Source: Dimorphilus gyrociliatus
Taxonomy: Eukaryota > Animalia > Annelida
Assembly: GCA_904063045.1 (NCBI GenBank)
Contig: CAJFCJ010000016.1
Coordinates: forward strand, 248,001-312,000
DNA: 64,000 nucleotides
Reading direction: 5' to 3'
A model generated the notes under the pieces. It did not search any database and had not been told where the DNA came from. It saw only the letters and a list, made by a program, of their open reading frames with translations. Both the position numbers and the translations under genes were made by a program. Shown here in pieces: positions 37,949 to 50,993 of this stretch (its first letter is position 1; each line of letters opens with the position of its first letter).

Positions 37949-39294
37949 CTGATAAAGAATACTATCATATACAAAGCAATTATGGTTCATCTCTACAAAA
38001 TATAAAGAATTTCATAAATATACCAAGTGGTTTTCCTTGGCTTTTATTAATTGTAAATAGAGAAGGAAAATGATAGGAGATCATTTTATCAGTGAACAAT
38101 CTGTCAGAAAAGGATACGTAATTTTTTCAATTTGTCTTTACTCCCAAGTTAAAGCTTTTAGCGTAACGATGAACTCTATTAACTCTGATCTATAAAATGC
38201 TTTCATAGAAGTACAAATTAGAACTTTTCACTTTTTCTCAACTATTTCTTTATTAGATAAATTTCATAGGAATAGATCAATTTTTCTACCCAGTTTTCAC
38301 TTATCATCTATAAGTTTATAACTTTTGTGTTTTACAATTATAGCCTTTTTAACTAGAATACAATAATCAAAACTAATGGCGAACTTCTTCATTAATTCCA
38401 TTACCAATATGAAAATAACGAGCGAAAAGTCCTTGAAATGTCTGCTATTCATTAATGCTGTAGTCGAATAGAGAAATAACATATAAAAGAGTATTTTTTC
38501 TTTATATTTCATTTTGAATAGTTTTGAATTTTGAGAGAAAATAAACATATAATCACAGATTTAAACTCTATAATCATGGACATTGACAATATTATTCTTT
38601 AAAGTAATGAGATATTTGAGGTATTAATATCCAACATTTCTGTAGAGAAGGGAGTTTTCCATTTCTAAATGTTGTAAATAATGATATGAATGAGAGATAT
38701 GGTAATTTTGTCAAAGTTGTTTTTGTAAAGAAAAGCTAGGTCTCATTAAAACTATAAGATAAAGCTAAAGGTGAATATTAAATTATTTCAAACCTTTGTT
38801 TTAACCTGCTGACAAACTTTTTTATGTTATATATTTATAGTAAATTAATATAAAAGTTATTGTATACATTGAGAAATGGACTATCTCAGCAGGACAAAGG
38901 CTTCTATTCTTTAATTACAAACTTTATATTTGAGTAAAAAAACTCTCTATTCATTTTTCTATTCGAATTGTTAATTTAGTTGTTATTACAATAATTAGTT
39001 TTATTATTTCTACTATAATTCAAAGTGTAACACATATAATTATAAAATCTGAATAAATCAGCATGAATTATTTACTATTAGATTATTTACAAATGTTCAA
39101 AAGAGAAACATATAAGAAAAAAGAGAGAAATTCTTTATTAATAGCCATATTTATTGTTGTTTGTTAATAATCATACCACGCTTTTCTTTTCTCTCTCAAA
39201 TACCATAATTTTAATAATAACCTTAACAATTTGAACGCAACTGTGGGAGGGAATAACATACTTTTGTATTTCTATACTAAACGAAACGTAATAT

Positions 39295-40370
39295 CTAGAA
39301 TCTTCTTTTTATTATTTTCTTCAGAAGGTTGACGTACAATCTTCGATAACTTTTATTCAATGCCGCATAGATAAGAATATTTACTGCTGAGTTTGTCAAT
39401 ATTATATCTCTAATTGCTCTGTAAAGAATTGTTTTAAATGTAATATTAATAAAACTAATGTTAAAAAAAAAGAAACAATGAAAGATAATCAAATTAACCT
39501 TCTCATTGCTATAGTTGATGGTCTGAATATTCTAGATGCGAAATCAATCAAGACTGGAATATTTAGACATATGTAAACAACCCAAACAGCAAAATATGGC
39601 ATAATATTAACAGATTTTACTCTATGACTTTGTGCTGCTGAAAAGTTTATCTCTATAAAAAAACAAAAAGAAATATTATTTCTAAAGCTTCTTTTGTATT
39701 ATTATATCATACCTGACGTATTTGAAGGGGCCGAAAAATGATTAATATTCGAAACTCTCTTTTTGGATGCACGAATTGACAAGAATATCTTTAAATATAG
39801 TGCTGCTATTAAAGGTATTGTTATAATCAGTAAAATTATAGCTGGTGCTCTAACTATATTTTTATCTTTCTTAGAAATATTAAATGCACATGTTAATCCT
39901 GGTATTCTTTTATAGAAACTTTTCATTAGAAACGGCCAGCAAAACAGACAAACTGAGATAATCCATCCCAAAACGCACCACGCAATCGAAAATCTTGGAG
40001 AGAATAGTTTATGATACAAATTCTTTGACTTCAAAATATATGTATAACGATTTATAACGATTAAAGCCAAGCTTAAGTGAGATTGATACGTTGCTGCATT
40101 ATGAAATGGAGAAAATGTATTACATACGATTTCTGACCAAAGTGATTCCCCTTTGTAATATTCCATTAAAATCCAAACATGTATGGGAAAAATGCAAGCA
40201 AAAGTATCAGATAAAGCCAAATTGAATACAAAAATATGTGTTGGCTGCGCTATTTTTCTGCTCCAGACGAGCATAATTATAGTAAAGATATTTCCAATAG
40301 CTCCAAATATAAGAATAGCAATTAATTCGTACGTAAAGAAGATAAAATTCGAGTAATCCGAGAAAATCAT
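39295..40370 (-). CDS. Class A GPCR (melatonin/Tre1/Moody/GPR84-like), 3 exons
   Basis: GN in TM1, NLALSD in TM2, INRY in TM3, a TM4 Trp and TM7 NSAVNILIYAALNKSYR. Confidence 0.85.
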
Positions 40371-41646
40371 ATTTAATTTTAGTTTAATTAAGTTTAAGAG
40401 AAGGAAAGGATAAAATTTTTCTCTAATTACTCTTACATCTCTCGCATAAAGTTTCTAAATGCGTTTGCTTTCGTTTTGTATCAGTCCTCATCTAGGTTTC
40501 GCTTACCACATATTGTTTTTTAAGGAGTAGAATTACGAGACGCTATTACTTAGGGGAAAAACACAACTCTTCTTAACATATAATACTTTTGAAATATATA
40601 GCTAAATAGCATAAAAACTTATTATTAAAAGTGATAGTCACGGACGGCTATTTTATAATTCCCTCATACTATAGAAGTAATGAGAATATTTCTTTGTCAT
40701 TAAACAGATAATTGAATTTCATAAGTAAAGTTATCGTATTATAAGTATTATTTTTTCTTTATTTATTATACGTTTATTAATTTAAGTATTGTATTTGTAT
40801 TTACAACGAATCCCATTAGTAGTTTTTGCGGGAATCAACGTAAACTAATAGTCAATATTCATTACAACGTCATTCAAAACAATTTATATTGGCAGCTATA
40901 TTCGACAAAAATTGTCCTTTAAGAGTGTTGGAAAACAACTCGTTTTACTTTGTAGCATACTCATAATACGACGACTGTTTGGAATATTGTGTAAACAAGT
41001 TTTTAAGTTGACAAAGTCTTCTAGACTCTCATTGAAATAATTGCATAATGTCTCTTTTGAGGCATTCTCTCCATGCTGTCTCTAATTTGTATTGAAGAAT
41101 TTTAAATAGATAGTAGAGGAAGAAGTAATCCTAAAGCTTTACGTGAGTCAATTCAAAAGCAGCTCAATAGTTGTGATCAATTTTATATATCTTCTTTCTT
41201 CATTAACATGACAAGTAGCTTGCATTAATCGTATAACATAGAATGCTAAAGCTTTCGAATGATTATTACACTACTAGATGTTAAATTGTAAGGAATTAAT
41301 TTACTATGTCAAACAATAACAGGTTTGAGCATAAATATTTTTGATTACATTTTTCATAAGCTAGTTCTTTATGTCAAAATAGAAAAAGTCAATTTCTGTG
41401 TTCAATAATTTAAAAGAAACATGTTCAATTCGAAAAAAGTGTATAGAGAGTTACTTTTGTACATAATTCGCTTCATCTTAACATTCGTATCAAACACCTC
41501 ACAAAACTTACTTATATATTATAAAATTTATAGCATTTCATTATGTAACTTTTGGTAATAAATAATAAAAAAAGAGAGAAAAAAAGAGAGAAACAAAAAC
41601 AAAGGGTTCAGTGTAAGTTTAGTTTCTTTTTTATTTATCATCATTT

Positions 41647-44600
41647 TCAATGTTGACTAGCACTGTCACTTGTTTCTGATTGGAAAAGTTCGTTCAAAAT
41701 CTTCGTAAATTTCATTCTTTCTATGAATTGTAGACGAAAATCTTCTTTTAAAACGGTATAATAACATTCGGCAGCTTTTGTGAACATTCTGAATATTTCG
41801 TAAAGAACTTCTCCGTTTACTTCTTTAAAGCTGTTAAAAAGTATTTTGGGTCATTAAACAAACTGAAAATGTCAAAACACCCCGTAAGTATCTTTTTATT
41901 AAATAAAGTTTTCTTAATAGATTAGTTATTAGCTTCATTATTTCTTATTTGTCTTTCAGTTATTACTGATCTGCAAGTCGGTGGCGCCACCTAACGCCTA
42001 AAAGTCTATTTACTGGGTTGTTTTTGGATATTATAGTTTTAATCCTACCGTTTACAGTATATATTATATTAAACTAGGAAGAAATTGAGTGTTAAACTAA
42101 TTCTTTGCAAATATGGGAGCACTTAATGGTAAGCAGGAGGAAGTGATATGAAATTTATCTATAGCCAATTATTTTTAGACCTATTTCGCCTGGTTGGTTA
42201 ATCAAGAGGGTAGCCTTTACAAATTCTAAATAAAAGAAGCTTTTAGGCAGAAAAAACGGTCTCAAGCAGGGCTGATTGATCAAGAGATGAGAGCTTATTC
42301 AAAAATCATACATTGCTTATTTGATAATTGAGATCAACTAGGGAAGCCGAAACTTTAGGGACTTCTTTTCTTCACGCTTTAATAGTTATTAAAGCAGCAT
42401 AATACCTCCTTGAATAAATTCTTTCAAAAAAAAAAAAAATCTGCTTAATAATCTCACCAATCGGCAGTCCCATTCAAGTTATTCTCCTTTAGCCAACTTT
42501 TCACTCGTTCAACATCCCAGCCAGATATAGATTTTAAATTATCTTTTCTTTTTATAATAGTTTTTGCTCTTTCTTCTTCTGTGCCTACAAAAAAAATTTG
42601 CAACATTTTATTAATTGAATATCGTTAGTTTCATAGTCGAATTGGTCATAAATTACCAGTAATACTTTCTCCTCTATGAATTTTTATTCCACCCAGTTGC
42701 AATAAAATAGCTCCAACGGTAATATTAATATTGTCTGCATGAAAGAAATCTAGCACCGCGCTCTCACCGATTATAACGGAAAGCCATCCTTCTAATTGCA
42801 TTGATCGGTCGGCTCGGACAAATATGATTTGTTTCTTTAATATTGTAGCATATTCAATTTCTGTTTTGAATTAAAGTTTCAATTATTCATTTAATTTGAT
42901 TTAATAGAATGTTCAAAAAAATATTATCTTACCCATTCTCGAACTGGGACTTTCAAGAAAAGATTGACATATACAGGCGATGACCACGCGACTAGTTCTT
43001 ATCTTAGAAGATTTTGATAAACGGCTTCTCTCTGGTAAACATTAATTAAATTAATTAATTCAATAATTAAAGTATTTCAAAATAAAAAATATTTTACCTC
43101 TGTCATCTTCATCTGGGCAAGAAACGACAAGACCTTCTTCGATTAAACTCTCTCTAAGCAGTTTAGCCAAATCATTCGATTCAGAATGACGTAAGATAAT
43201 TATTTTATTATCGCCATTTTTTAGTTGATCTAGATTTAATAACTTATTAAAATAACTAATGATTGAATAATTGAATTGATAAGGAATCACCTGCACTGGC
43301 TGCTACTCTCTCACTTCCCAATTTATTAAATATTTGACATAAAACACCGGCAGCACCTTCCTTAATTTGTTCTCTTTTAGAGTGCGCTTCCAACTTACCA
43401 ATACCTAAAAATATAGAGACATAATAGTTAGTTTTTTAACTAGGTGTAAAAAAAAAAAACTACGCTCATCACCTTCCATACAACGATCATGATGCCTTAA
43501 TACATCTCTTACTGGTGGGAAGAAAGCTAGCAACCAAAGTCCTTGTAAACAACCGTGTTGTTCTTCAGCAGAACCCTAAAATTTAAAATAAAACCGTTGT
43601 CAGAAATAAAACTTTTATATGACTGTGGGAAATCGTCAGTCTTCTATTTTCAAGTTAAGTATTTATGTAGATATATTAGATTATAAACCTCCCACAAATA
43701 GCTAAAATATATCTGATGTCAACGAGATATCATCGGCTAAATTTTATCAATAAGATCAAAAAGCTTACCGTATAGAGGAAATTAGCATAGAGGTTTAGTA
43801 AACCTCTTCTCACAAGATATTGCTTATTACCGTCATAGATGGCGTAACGGTTGAGTCCTGTAGAACAATAAGGAAAGTACACATATAGAAGGGCAATCTG
43901 TCATTGAATTAAGATTGACATTGGGATTGTGTATTACGTAATCGTAACCACTTTACGCAATTTCTCGATTAGGTTTCTTATTAGTGAAATAGAATTTTAT
44001 AGCGAAAAATTAATAAATTCTACATGTTCTTATAAGAGGGTATTATATTATTTATAGAAATATCCCAAGTTTATTTTTATCAACAGGTGTCGCTTTAAAA
44101 AGAGGACTGAGAAGCTCGAGAAAATATTCAAGATATTTTTTTTAATAGGCATATGATAATTATTCCGTCATTGTTCATTCAATGGTTCGGTAAACAAAGG
44201 AAATTTGTCATACATTCTCTTGCTCAATCGACAAATTATGCAAATTTACTTTTAACGAGATTAAATGCAGATGGTGACGCTTGCCCCATTAATAAAAACA
44301 AGAAATAAAGAACGAAGGAAGCGTTCATTCAAAAGCGTTTCCGTTCATGCATTTAAAAAAATAGAGAGCAATAAAGGAATAGTGCTTAAATCAATAAAAA
44401 GGATATATTTCCAGAATATTTTCTGGAAAAGATCCACTAAAAGGTGTTAGCTATCAAGTTAAAGGTTTGTTATACACATTAACGGCTCATACTTCACGAG
44501 TTTCAACATTCTTTTTATATTAAAATGCATAGCCGTTCAATCGCCACCCTAAAGAAATCGTTTCATCAAACAATACCGCAGAATTTATTACGGATATTGA

Positions 44601-47600
44601 GTACTTGTAAACATAAAATTGTTTATCCCCCAAATTGCAGTTTTATGTCAGCTAAATAAAGCATCAATAGCCTATGTTTTTTCTCCTATATAAAATAGCT
44701 AAATAGACTGTTAAATATGTGAATAGACGTATAATTAATTAACTTATTATTAATTTGATTGAAAGGACGGGTGTATGAAAAACTACCTTCTAAGGTAAAT
44801 TGTTTTGACGTGCAACAGATTTTGTAGAGTTATTACTTTCTCGTAGACAGCTGCCCTTTTGTGTTGTTTATTCCACCTAAACACACTCAACTGTTCATTT
44901 ATTCGATATAAACTGTTTGATTCACCATTTGAAAATAAAGAAGAGAAATTTATACGAATAAATAACTAAGGAAATAAGAGAAATGCTAAAGCGAATCAAT
45001 TGGACTTGGTTTGTCAATTTTTTTTCTTAACTACATGGACTTTGAGATAAGGAGAAGATTTATAGTTGTTAGCTCTATTGGACAATACAATTCTCTCTTT
45101 CTCTTCTAGTTTTCTCCCAGAGCAGGCTTATCTAACGACAGACAAACTTGTTAGTTTTTTAGGGGGTGGTTTGTTATTGCCAGGATGGAAACAGCTGTAA
45201 AGCTAGTATTATTTACACTATACGCACTCGACCTTTCATTCGTCAAGATTACACTAACGACATAAACGTCACTTTATTTCTCAAAAACAAAAGGAAATGT
45301 CTAAACTAGAGCGATTCCCTTCCAAACACTTAATATAAGTGAATCACGTTAGTTGAGGTTTGTTTATCCAGTTGACTATAGTAATCAATTTTCGGCAAAC
45401 CGACCACTAGAAATACGGAGAAGGAATGCCTTCCAGTTGAGCCTTGAGATTTCTAATAGAGGAAGGAGGCGTTCACCAACAGTTGCTTCTTAATCAATCA
45501 TAAACATAGCACATATAAACCACAAAATTTTATACAATAGACTATATTTACATATCTCTATATTGACATCTTGCATAAGCATCCTACTCTAGGCTGAAAA
45601 AATTCGAAATTCAACACACCGGTGCTAAATCGTTTCAAAAATGCCTTTGGCGTGTGTCATTTAAGTCAAATACAAATAGACAATGGAGAAAGAATATTTT
45701 GCCGGGAATGTACAGGCGCCAAACTTTCCTTGGTTAAACATTCTATGTTGGCCGTATAATTAATGGCGAGTAAACAGGGAATTATAGGAATATGGGGCGT
45801 GACTAACTTCATATTTATATAACCTATTTTTTAATCAATATAATATTCATTAGGTAACGACTCCCATTAATTATCGCGTTACTGACTTGGTGAAGACAGG
45901 CGATTTAATTGGCAAGGGAATTTGCCAGCTGTCGAGGTCAAATATAGGCGATAAAATCAATGTAGAACATTTGTTAGCTTGTTTATTGTTTACTTTATTG
46001 TCTTATAGTAACCTTAGGCAATAAACGCTGAGGCGTTCAATTGAAATAATAAAAAGTATTATAATTTGTTAAAAAAAACTTATTGAGCAATCGGCGTTTT
46101 TATTGTTAGTTTTTCCAACTAAAAATAGTTGATTTTTTAATAAAAATTCTTGAATAGAAAGGAATCGACTGATAGATTAAATACCGACAAGATAAAAAGA
46201 GGAGAAGGAATAAAAATAAAGTAATGAATTGGAAAGGAGTAAGGATAGGAGCGAATTGAGAAAATCTCTCTATCCGTTTGTGTGTTTTGGCTCATTGTCA
46301 AAATTTTAACATAGCGGATTGCATGAATTCCATCTTCTTTTTCAGTTTTAGGAGGATAACGGAATGTTAGCTATATATAATATTTTTTTACTTAGTACTA
46401 CAACTAATAAATAAACTTAAGATAAATAAAATTATTCCCGTTACGTATGTTATGAAAATAAAGAAAATGAACTTACCGGATATGACGTCTATAGCCCAAA
46501 TACCTAATTTCCTTGAAAAATGTGAATCACTCTCTAAACAAACTTGCAAAACTCTCGCAAGAAAGCCCAAATTTTTATCCGTGCAATTTACAATATCATT
46601 TTCATTCTCCGATATTACGTAACTAATTAGAATTAAACATCTTGCTCTAATAACTGTTATTTGCGACTTGGTATGTTGAATTAGCGCCTTGATAAGACCT
46701 ATTTTTCGATATTCAGCTCTGAGACTAGGTCCAATTTGCCTGACAAGGTTACAAAGGAGATGAAGAATTGATTTAACAACATGTAGCCTATTTTGATCTT
46801 TGAGTTCGCTGGCATTCAAACCAGGGTGGAATAAGTCTCTAATTATCATATGGTGAATATTCATTTGGACGCACTGTTCACATAATGCGTAACTTTTTTC
46901 TGTGCAATTAACCAAAATTGTAAATGCATGCCTAACATTAGCATAGCATAAAATTTGAGCTGGAGTTGATGACTGACAATTCAAATCTGCGGTGCTTGAC
47001 AAACAACTCACTTCACTGACGTTATCGATAGAATTTTCTTGGCGTTTACCCAAAGCTGGGCTCTGCTGTACGCCGTATTGTTCATATAGACTAATCTTAT
47101 CAGTCGCAAAATCACTATTCCTGCTTATATCCAAATAATTTAGACTATTTACGGATTGATAGACGTTGTAGAAGAGTTTTATGGAGCCAAGTTCTATTAA
47201 CTTTCCGATTAGAACCCGTCTAACCTAGTTTTATTAAGACACAAGGTCGAAATTATTTCAAAAATCTTATCATTTAATTGTTCAAGTTGAATAACCTACT
47301 TGCTGGTCACTTATATAGCGAGCTTGTTGGCTTAAGTAAGAGAGGTCATCGAGAGTTTCTTCAGTTGTAAAATCCGTATGCTTATTCAATTTGGCAAAGC
47401 AATTCTCCATCTTATTCAGAATTTCTGTCAACGTGTAATTTCTTGCTTGACCATTTGTCTGCGACGAAGCGAGACGACCCGATGATGCCTTGGAGACGCC
47501 AGATATAACCGATTCACCTAGACTGGACGTGGGGCTAACACTCCTATCCATAATCAATAGTCTACCGTTAGTTTTTGGTTTAGGCTCCATTTCTATATCG

Positions 47601-49133
47601 GCTTGAACGATTTGCTGTAAGTAATATAGTAATGTTGAAGGCCGTCCGATTAATTGTGGTGATTAACGATCAATTTACAGAGGAGCTAGATATACTGGCG
47701 CCAATTTATATGATCTAAAACAAAACTATGATGAAAAAAACTCCTCTACAACTTTTTTTACAGTCTTAAGTATAGAAATTTTTTCCTTAGAAGTTCAACA
47801 AGGGGAAGTAGGGTTATTTTTTTTTTACTATTTAAACTAAGAGAATATTACCAGATTAACATAGTCCTATGTAAATAAATATTACATAAAAAATCGTGTA
47901 ATAAAAAGAAATGAGTAAATAGCTTAACTTAAAAAAAAACAAAGAAGAGAAGAGAACCTTCCAAAAAGTCTGGTCCCCCGTTAAATTAAATTTAAAATGG
48001 TATATAGCTATATGTTATATACACATAACTACATATACTTAAATCGCTCTAGTACAGTTAAGGCCTATAGTAATCGTATAAGAATTACTAATAAAAAGTT
48101 TATATTGTAGAAGCGAAAGATTTTAGCCACCCAAATGAAGTACACAATGGTATAATGAAATATATCCATATATATACATGCATGTTCTACACGTATAAAT
48201 AAAAACAATAAACGATATATATAAACGATATATATATATATATGGAAATGGAATCTGTTCCTCCACCTCCTTTAGATTTTCTGTTCTTTTTTTTTTGATT
48301 TTTGATCAACGTCTTCATCTACTTACTTACTTACTTTCCCACCCCTTTAACATATTTAGAATTCTATGTTTTTGTTTAGAAAAGAAAAAAAAATATGATT
48401 AATAGAATAAACGTTTGAAAAAAGAAAAAAAAAGTAGAAAGGGAAAGAGATCGAATCGTAAATTATTAAGAAAATAGAAAAAAAGAAAATATTATTTAAA
48501 GGATATTACTTTTGCTACAGTCGTTTTTGGCTTCAGCGTTGATTCGTCAATACTATTTTCTATACCATTTCTTCCATTTTTTATTAATGTACCGTTTGTT
48601 ACCTCCGGATGATCCTGTACTGATACGGTGTTGGTGGCGCCACTATCTGTTTGCATAGTTTGTTCGGTACATTTGGCCGACCGACATTTAACCTCTTGTT
48701 CTATTTGTCTATTATTATCCCTTTCTTTCAGGTCTTCTTTACTATCCTCTTGAATTTCTTGATCGGATGCCAGAGAAACGCTGGACACAGAGTTGGCAGG
48801 TCTCGGAAAACCATTTTCACTTTTAGGCCTTTCGCTCTTTTTTCCTCTCTTCGAAGCGAAGAACTTGCCAAACCTCGAAGAACTCTTCGATCGAGCAGGT
48901 GAAGGCGGTAAACCGCTTTGATCTTTCTGTGAAATATCGCTCTGACCTAACATGCAGACATCTGGTTCGAAAAGAGAATTTCTTATCGTTGTTGCCTCTT
49001 TCGAGTGTTTTTCCAGGGGCGGACTCGGTGGGGTTTTATGATACTTTTTACGCTGACTTTTTCCCATTTTCCGCCTGTAGATATCAAATATGTTATACAA
49101 AACTGAACGAAAGTTAGAATCTACGTCCTCCAT
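41647..49133 (-). CDS. ARM-repeat + TIR + SAM domain protein; N-terminus uncertain
   Basis: Spliced product has ARM-like helices (GLNRYAIYDGNK, GCLQGLWLLAF, GAAGVLCQI), TIR C-half VVIACICQSFLESPSSRMEIEYA...QIIFV...EGWLSVIIG and SAM WDVERVKSWL...VNGEVL. Confidence 0.8.
41983..41995 (-). promoter_or_regulatory. CTCF-like motif in the last intron of the TIR gene
   Basis: The minus strand reads GTTAGGTGGCGCC, matching the CTCF core YAGRKGGCGC. Confidence 0.4.
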
Positions 49134-49209
49134 CTTCAATATAAAAAATAAGAATGAACATTTTTAACTATTATAAAGGGGACAGAATAAACTAGATATT
49201 TGATATCCG

Positions 49210-49222
49210 CAGCGCCCTCCGA
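49210..49222 (-). promoter_or_regulatory. CTCF-like motif
   Basis: The minus strand reads TCGGAGGGCGCTG. Confidence 0.3.
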
Positions 49223-49464
49223 CGATCTTCTTGGGTTATAAATCAAAGAGGTGTAAGTATAAGAGCGTGATTATTCTCGACTCCGACGACTATTCGTTTT
49301 ATTTTTGGTGAAAACTTTACTTCTTTTATTTGACTTTTTCTTTGTTTTTAGGCTTTCCCAACAAAAAAAAGAAAAGTCATGTTTAAATATGTAATTTGTT
49401 AACCGACGACTTGTCAACTTTCGATTCGCGTCGCTTAACGGGCCTGATTTGAATTAGTATTGAT

Positions 49465-49478
49465 AACAGAGGGCGCTA
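49465..49478 (+). promoter_or_regulatory. CTCF-like motif
   Basis: AACAGAGGGCGCTA. Confidence 0.4.
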
Positions 49479-50845
49479 ATAAAATTAAACATTGTACTAC
49501 ATTTCTTTTACTATACAGTCTTTAAATAAGTAATGAGTTTCCTTATGAAACTTTTCCGCGTCTTTTTGTGGAAAATCTTTGAATTTTAGTCATCTAGAAA
49601 ATTATTTACGATATACATTTACGTTAACGATAAACTTTAATTTATTTTGATTCCACTAGCGATAACAGTGTACTTATCTAGTAGGTAAATTCAATAAGAT
49701 AAATACAACGCTCTTTTATTATATATAGGCTTTATCAGTATTTCCTGTTAAAATTTGCAACAAAGGAATCAAATCATATCTTATTCAATTATTTTAAAGG
49801 TTTAAAAAAGTTTTAAATAGTAAAGAACAAAGAAGTTTAAAAAGGCCAATTAAAAAAAAGTTTGCTCAACGGCTAAATAAAAAAAAGTAACAATTTAAGA
49901 TGTTTATATAGTAAATCCGTTAGATACTGATAACTTACCTAAAATAGTATAGGTATTAATCCGTAAAGGGCAAAATCAGGTAAAATTCTCATGTTTTATC
50001 AAAAAACCTTCTCCGCTGCGCTGATGTTACGTCTTTAAATTTGCTTTCCATCTGGTGCCCATGTCTGAGCTCGAGGAAAGCCCGAGTGGAACAGGTATCA
50101 TGGTATTGCTAAGAGACGGACGTTCCGTTTCATGCTTAACTAGTCATATGACTTGTTTCAGTTGGGTTTTGTAATTAAATTCAGATGTGTAAATACAAAG
50201 CCTTTATCATCTTACACACTTTTTGAAAGACAATAATGAGTCTTTTATACTTTAATTAGTATTTTGTATAGTTTTTTCCGGTTGTTTGATAACATTTTAT
50301 TCATCTTCTACAAGCATGAAGTTTTTTTTACATATCAATTTAATTCAAAATTTAATTCAAAAATACAGAAGAATTTATTAACTTTATTTAAAAGAAAATT
50401 AGCAAGAAAAAACTCCCTTGGTCTAACTTCACAATATATAATACAAAGAAAAGGATTGAAAGGTAATGGGATTATTTATTCAAAAATTTCTTTACAATTT
50501 AACGCTTTGTAGGATTTATCCTTTTAAAAATAAGTAGCAAAAACATCCACTATAGTTGGTTAAGTCCATTAATAATTGACATATTTAACAAAGAAAAATA
50601 ATATATAGTAGTTATTCTAGACAGTGTCAAAATCAATTATAAACCGAAAGTCAAAAACGCAAATAATTCTTTTGGTAATAGATGATATTAGTACTAAATT
50701 TAAAAATAAATTCTATTTTAAATAAATTGTCTATTTGTCTATTTTAAATAAATATTCAAGTTAGCGAGTGTAAGTTTTGTTTATATTTTCAATCAATTTG
50801 TGAGTCGCATTTAGTTATACCGATTGGGATTTCCTAAAATGTTGA

Positions 50846-50860
50846 CAGCGCCCTCTGTGA
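50846..50860 (-). promoter_or_regulatory. CTCF-like motif in the CDC27 promoter
   Basis: The minus strand reads TCACAGAGGGCGCTG, about 135 bp upstream of the ATG. Confidence 0.45.
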
Positions 50861-50993
50861 ATATTCATAAGTCATAGAAAATGGCGGACGGTTGTTAACT
50901 TGTTATTTGATAGCTGAGAACATTTCTCGTAAATAATTCAAAAAGCCTTTGCGATTTTCCAGATTTAAAAACTTATAGGCAATAGTCGCAAAA

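Noticed and set aside
38297-38548. Hydrophobic 83-aa ORF upstream of the SH2 gene
   Set aside because: AT-rich composition explains the hydrophobicity, and I could not link it in frame to the SH2 exons.
50060-50175. GC-rich segment with a CTCGAGGAAAGCCCGAG hairpin, tested as RNase P/MRP, hammerhead, snRNA or an LSM1-like ORF
   Set aside because: The other required conserved elements are missing; it is best explained as promoter or first-exon sequence.
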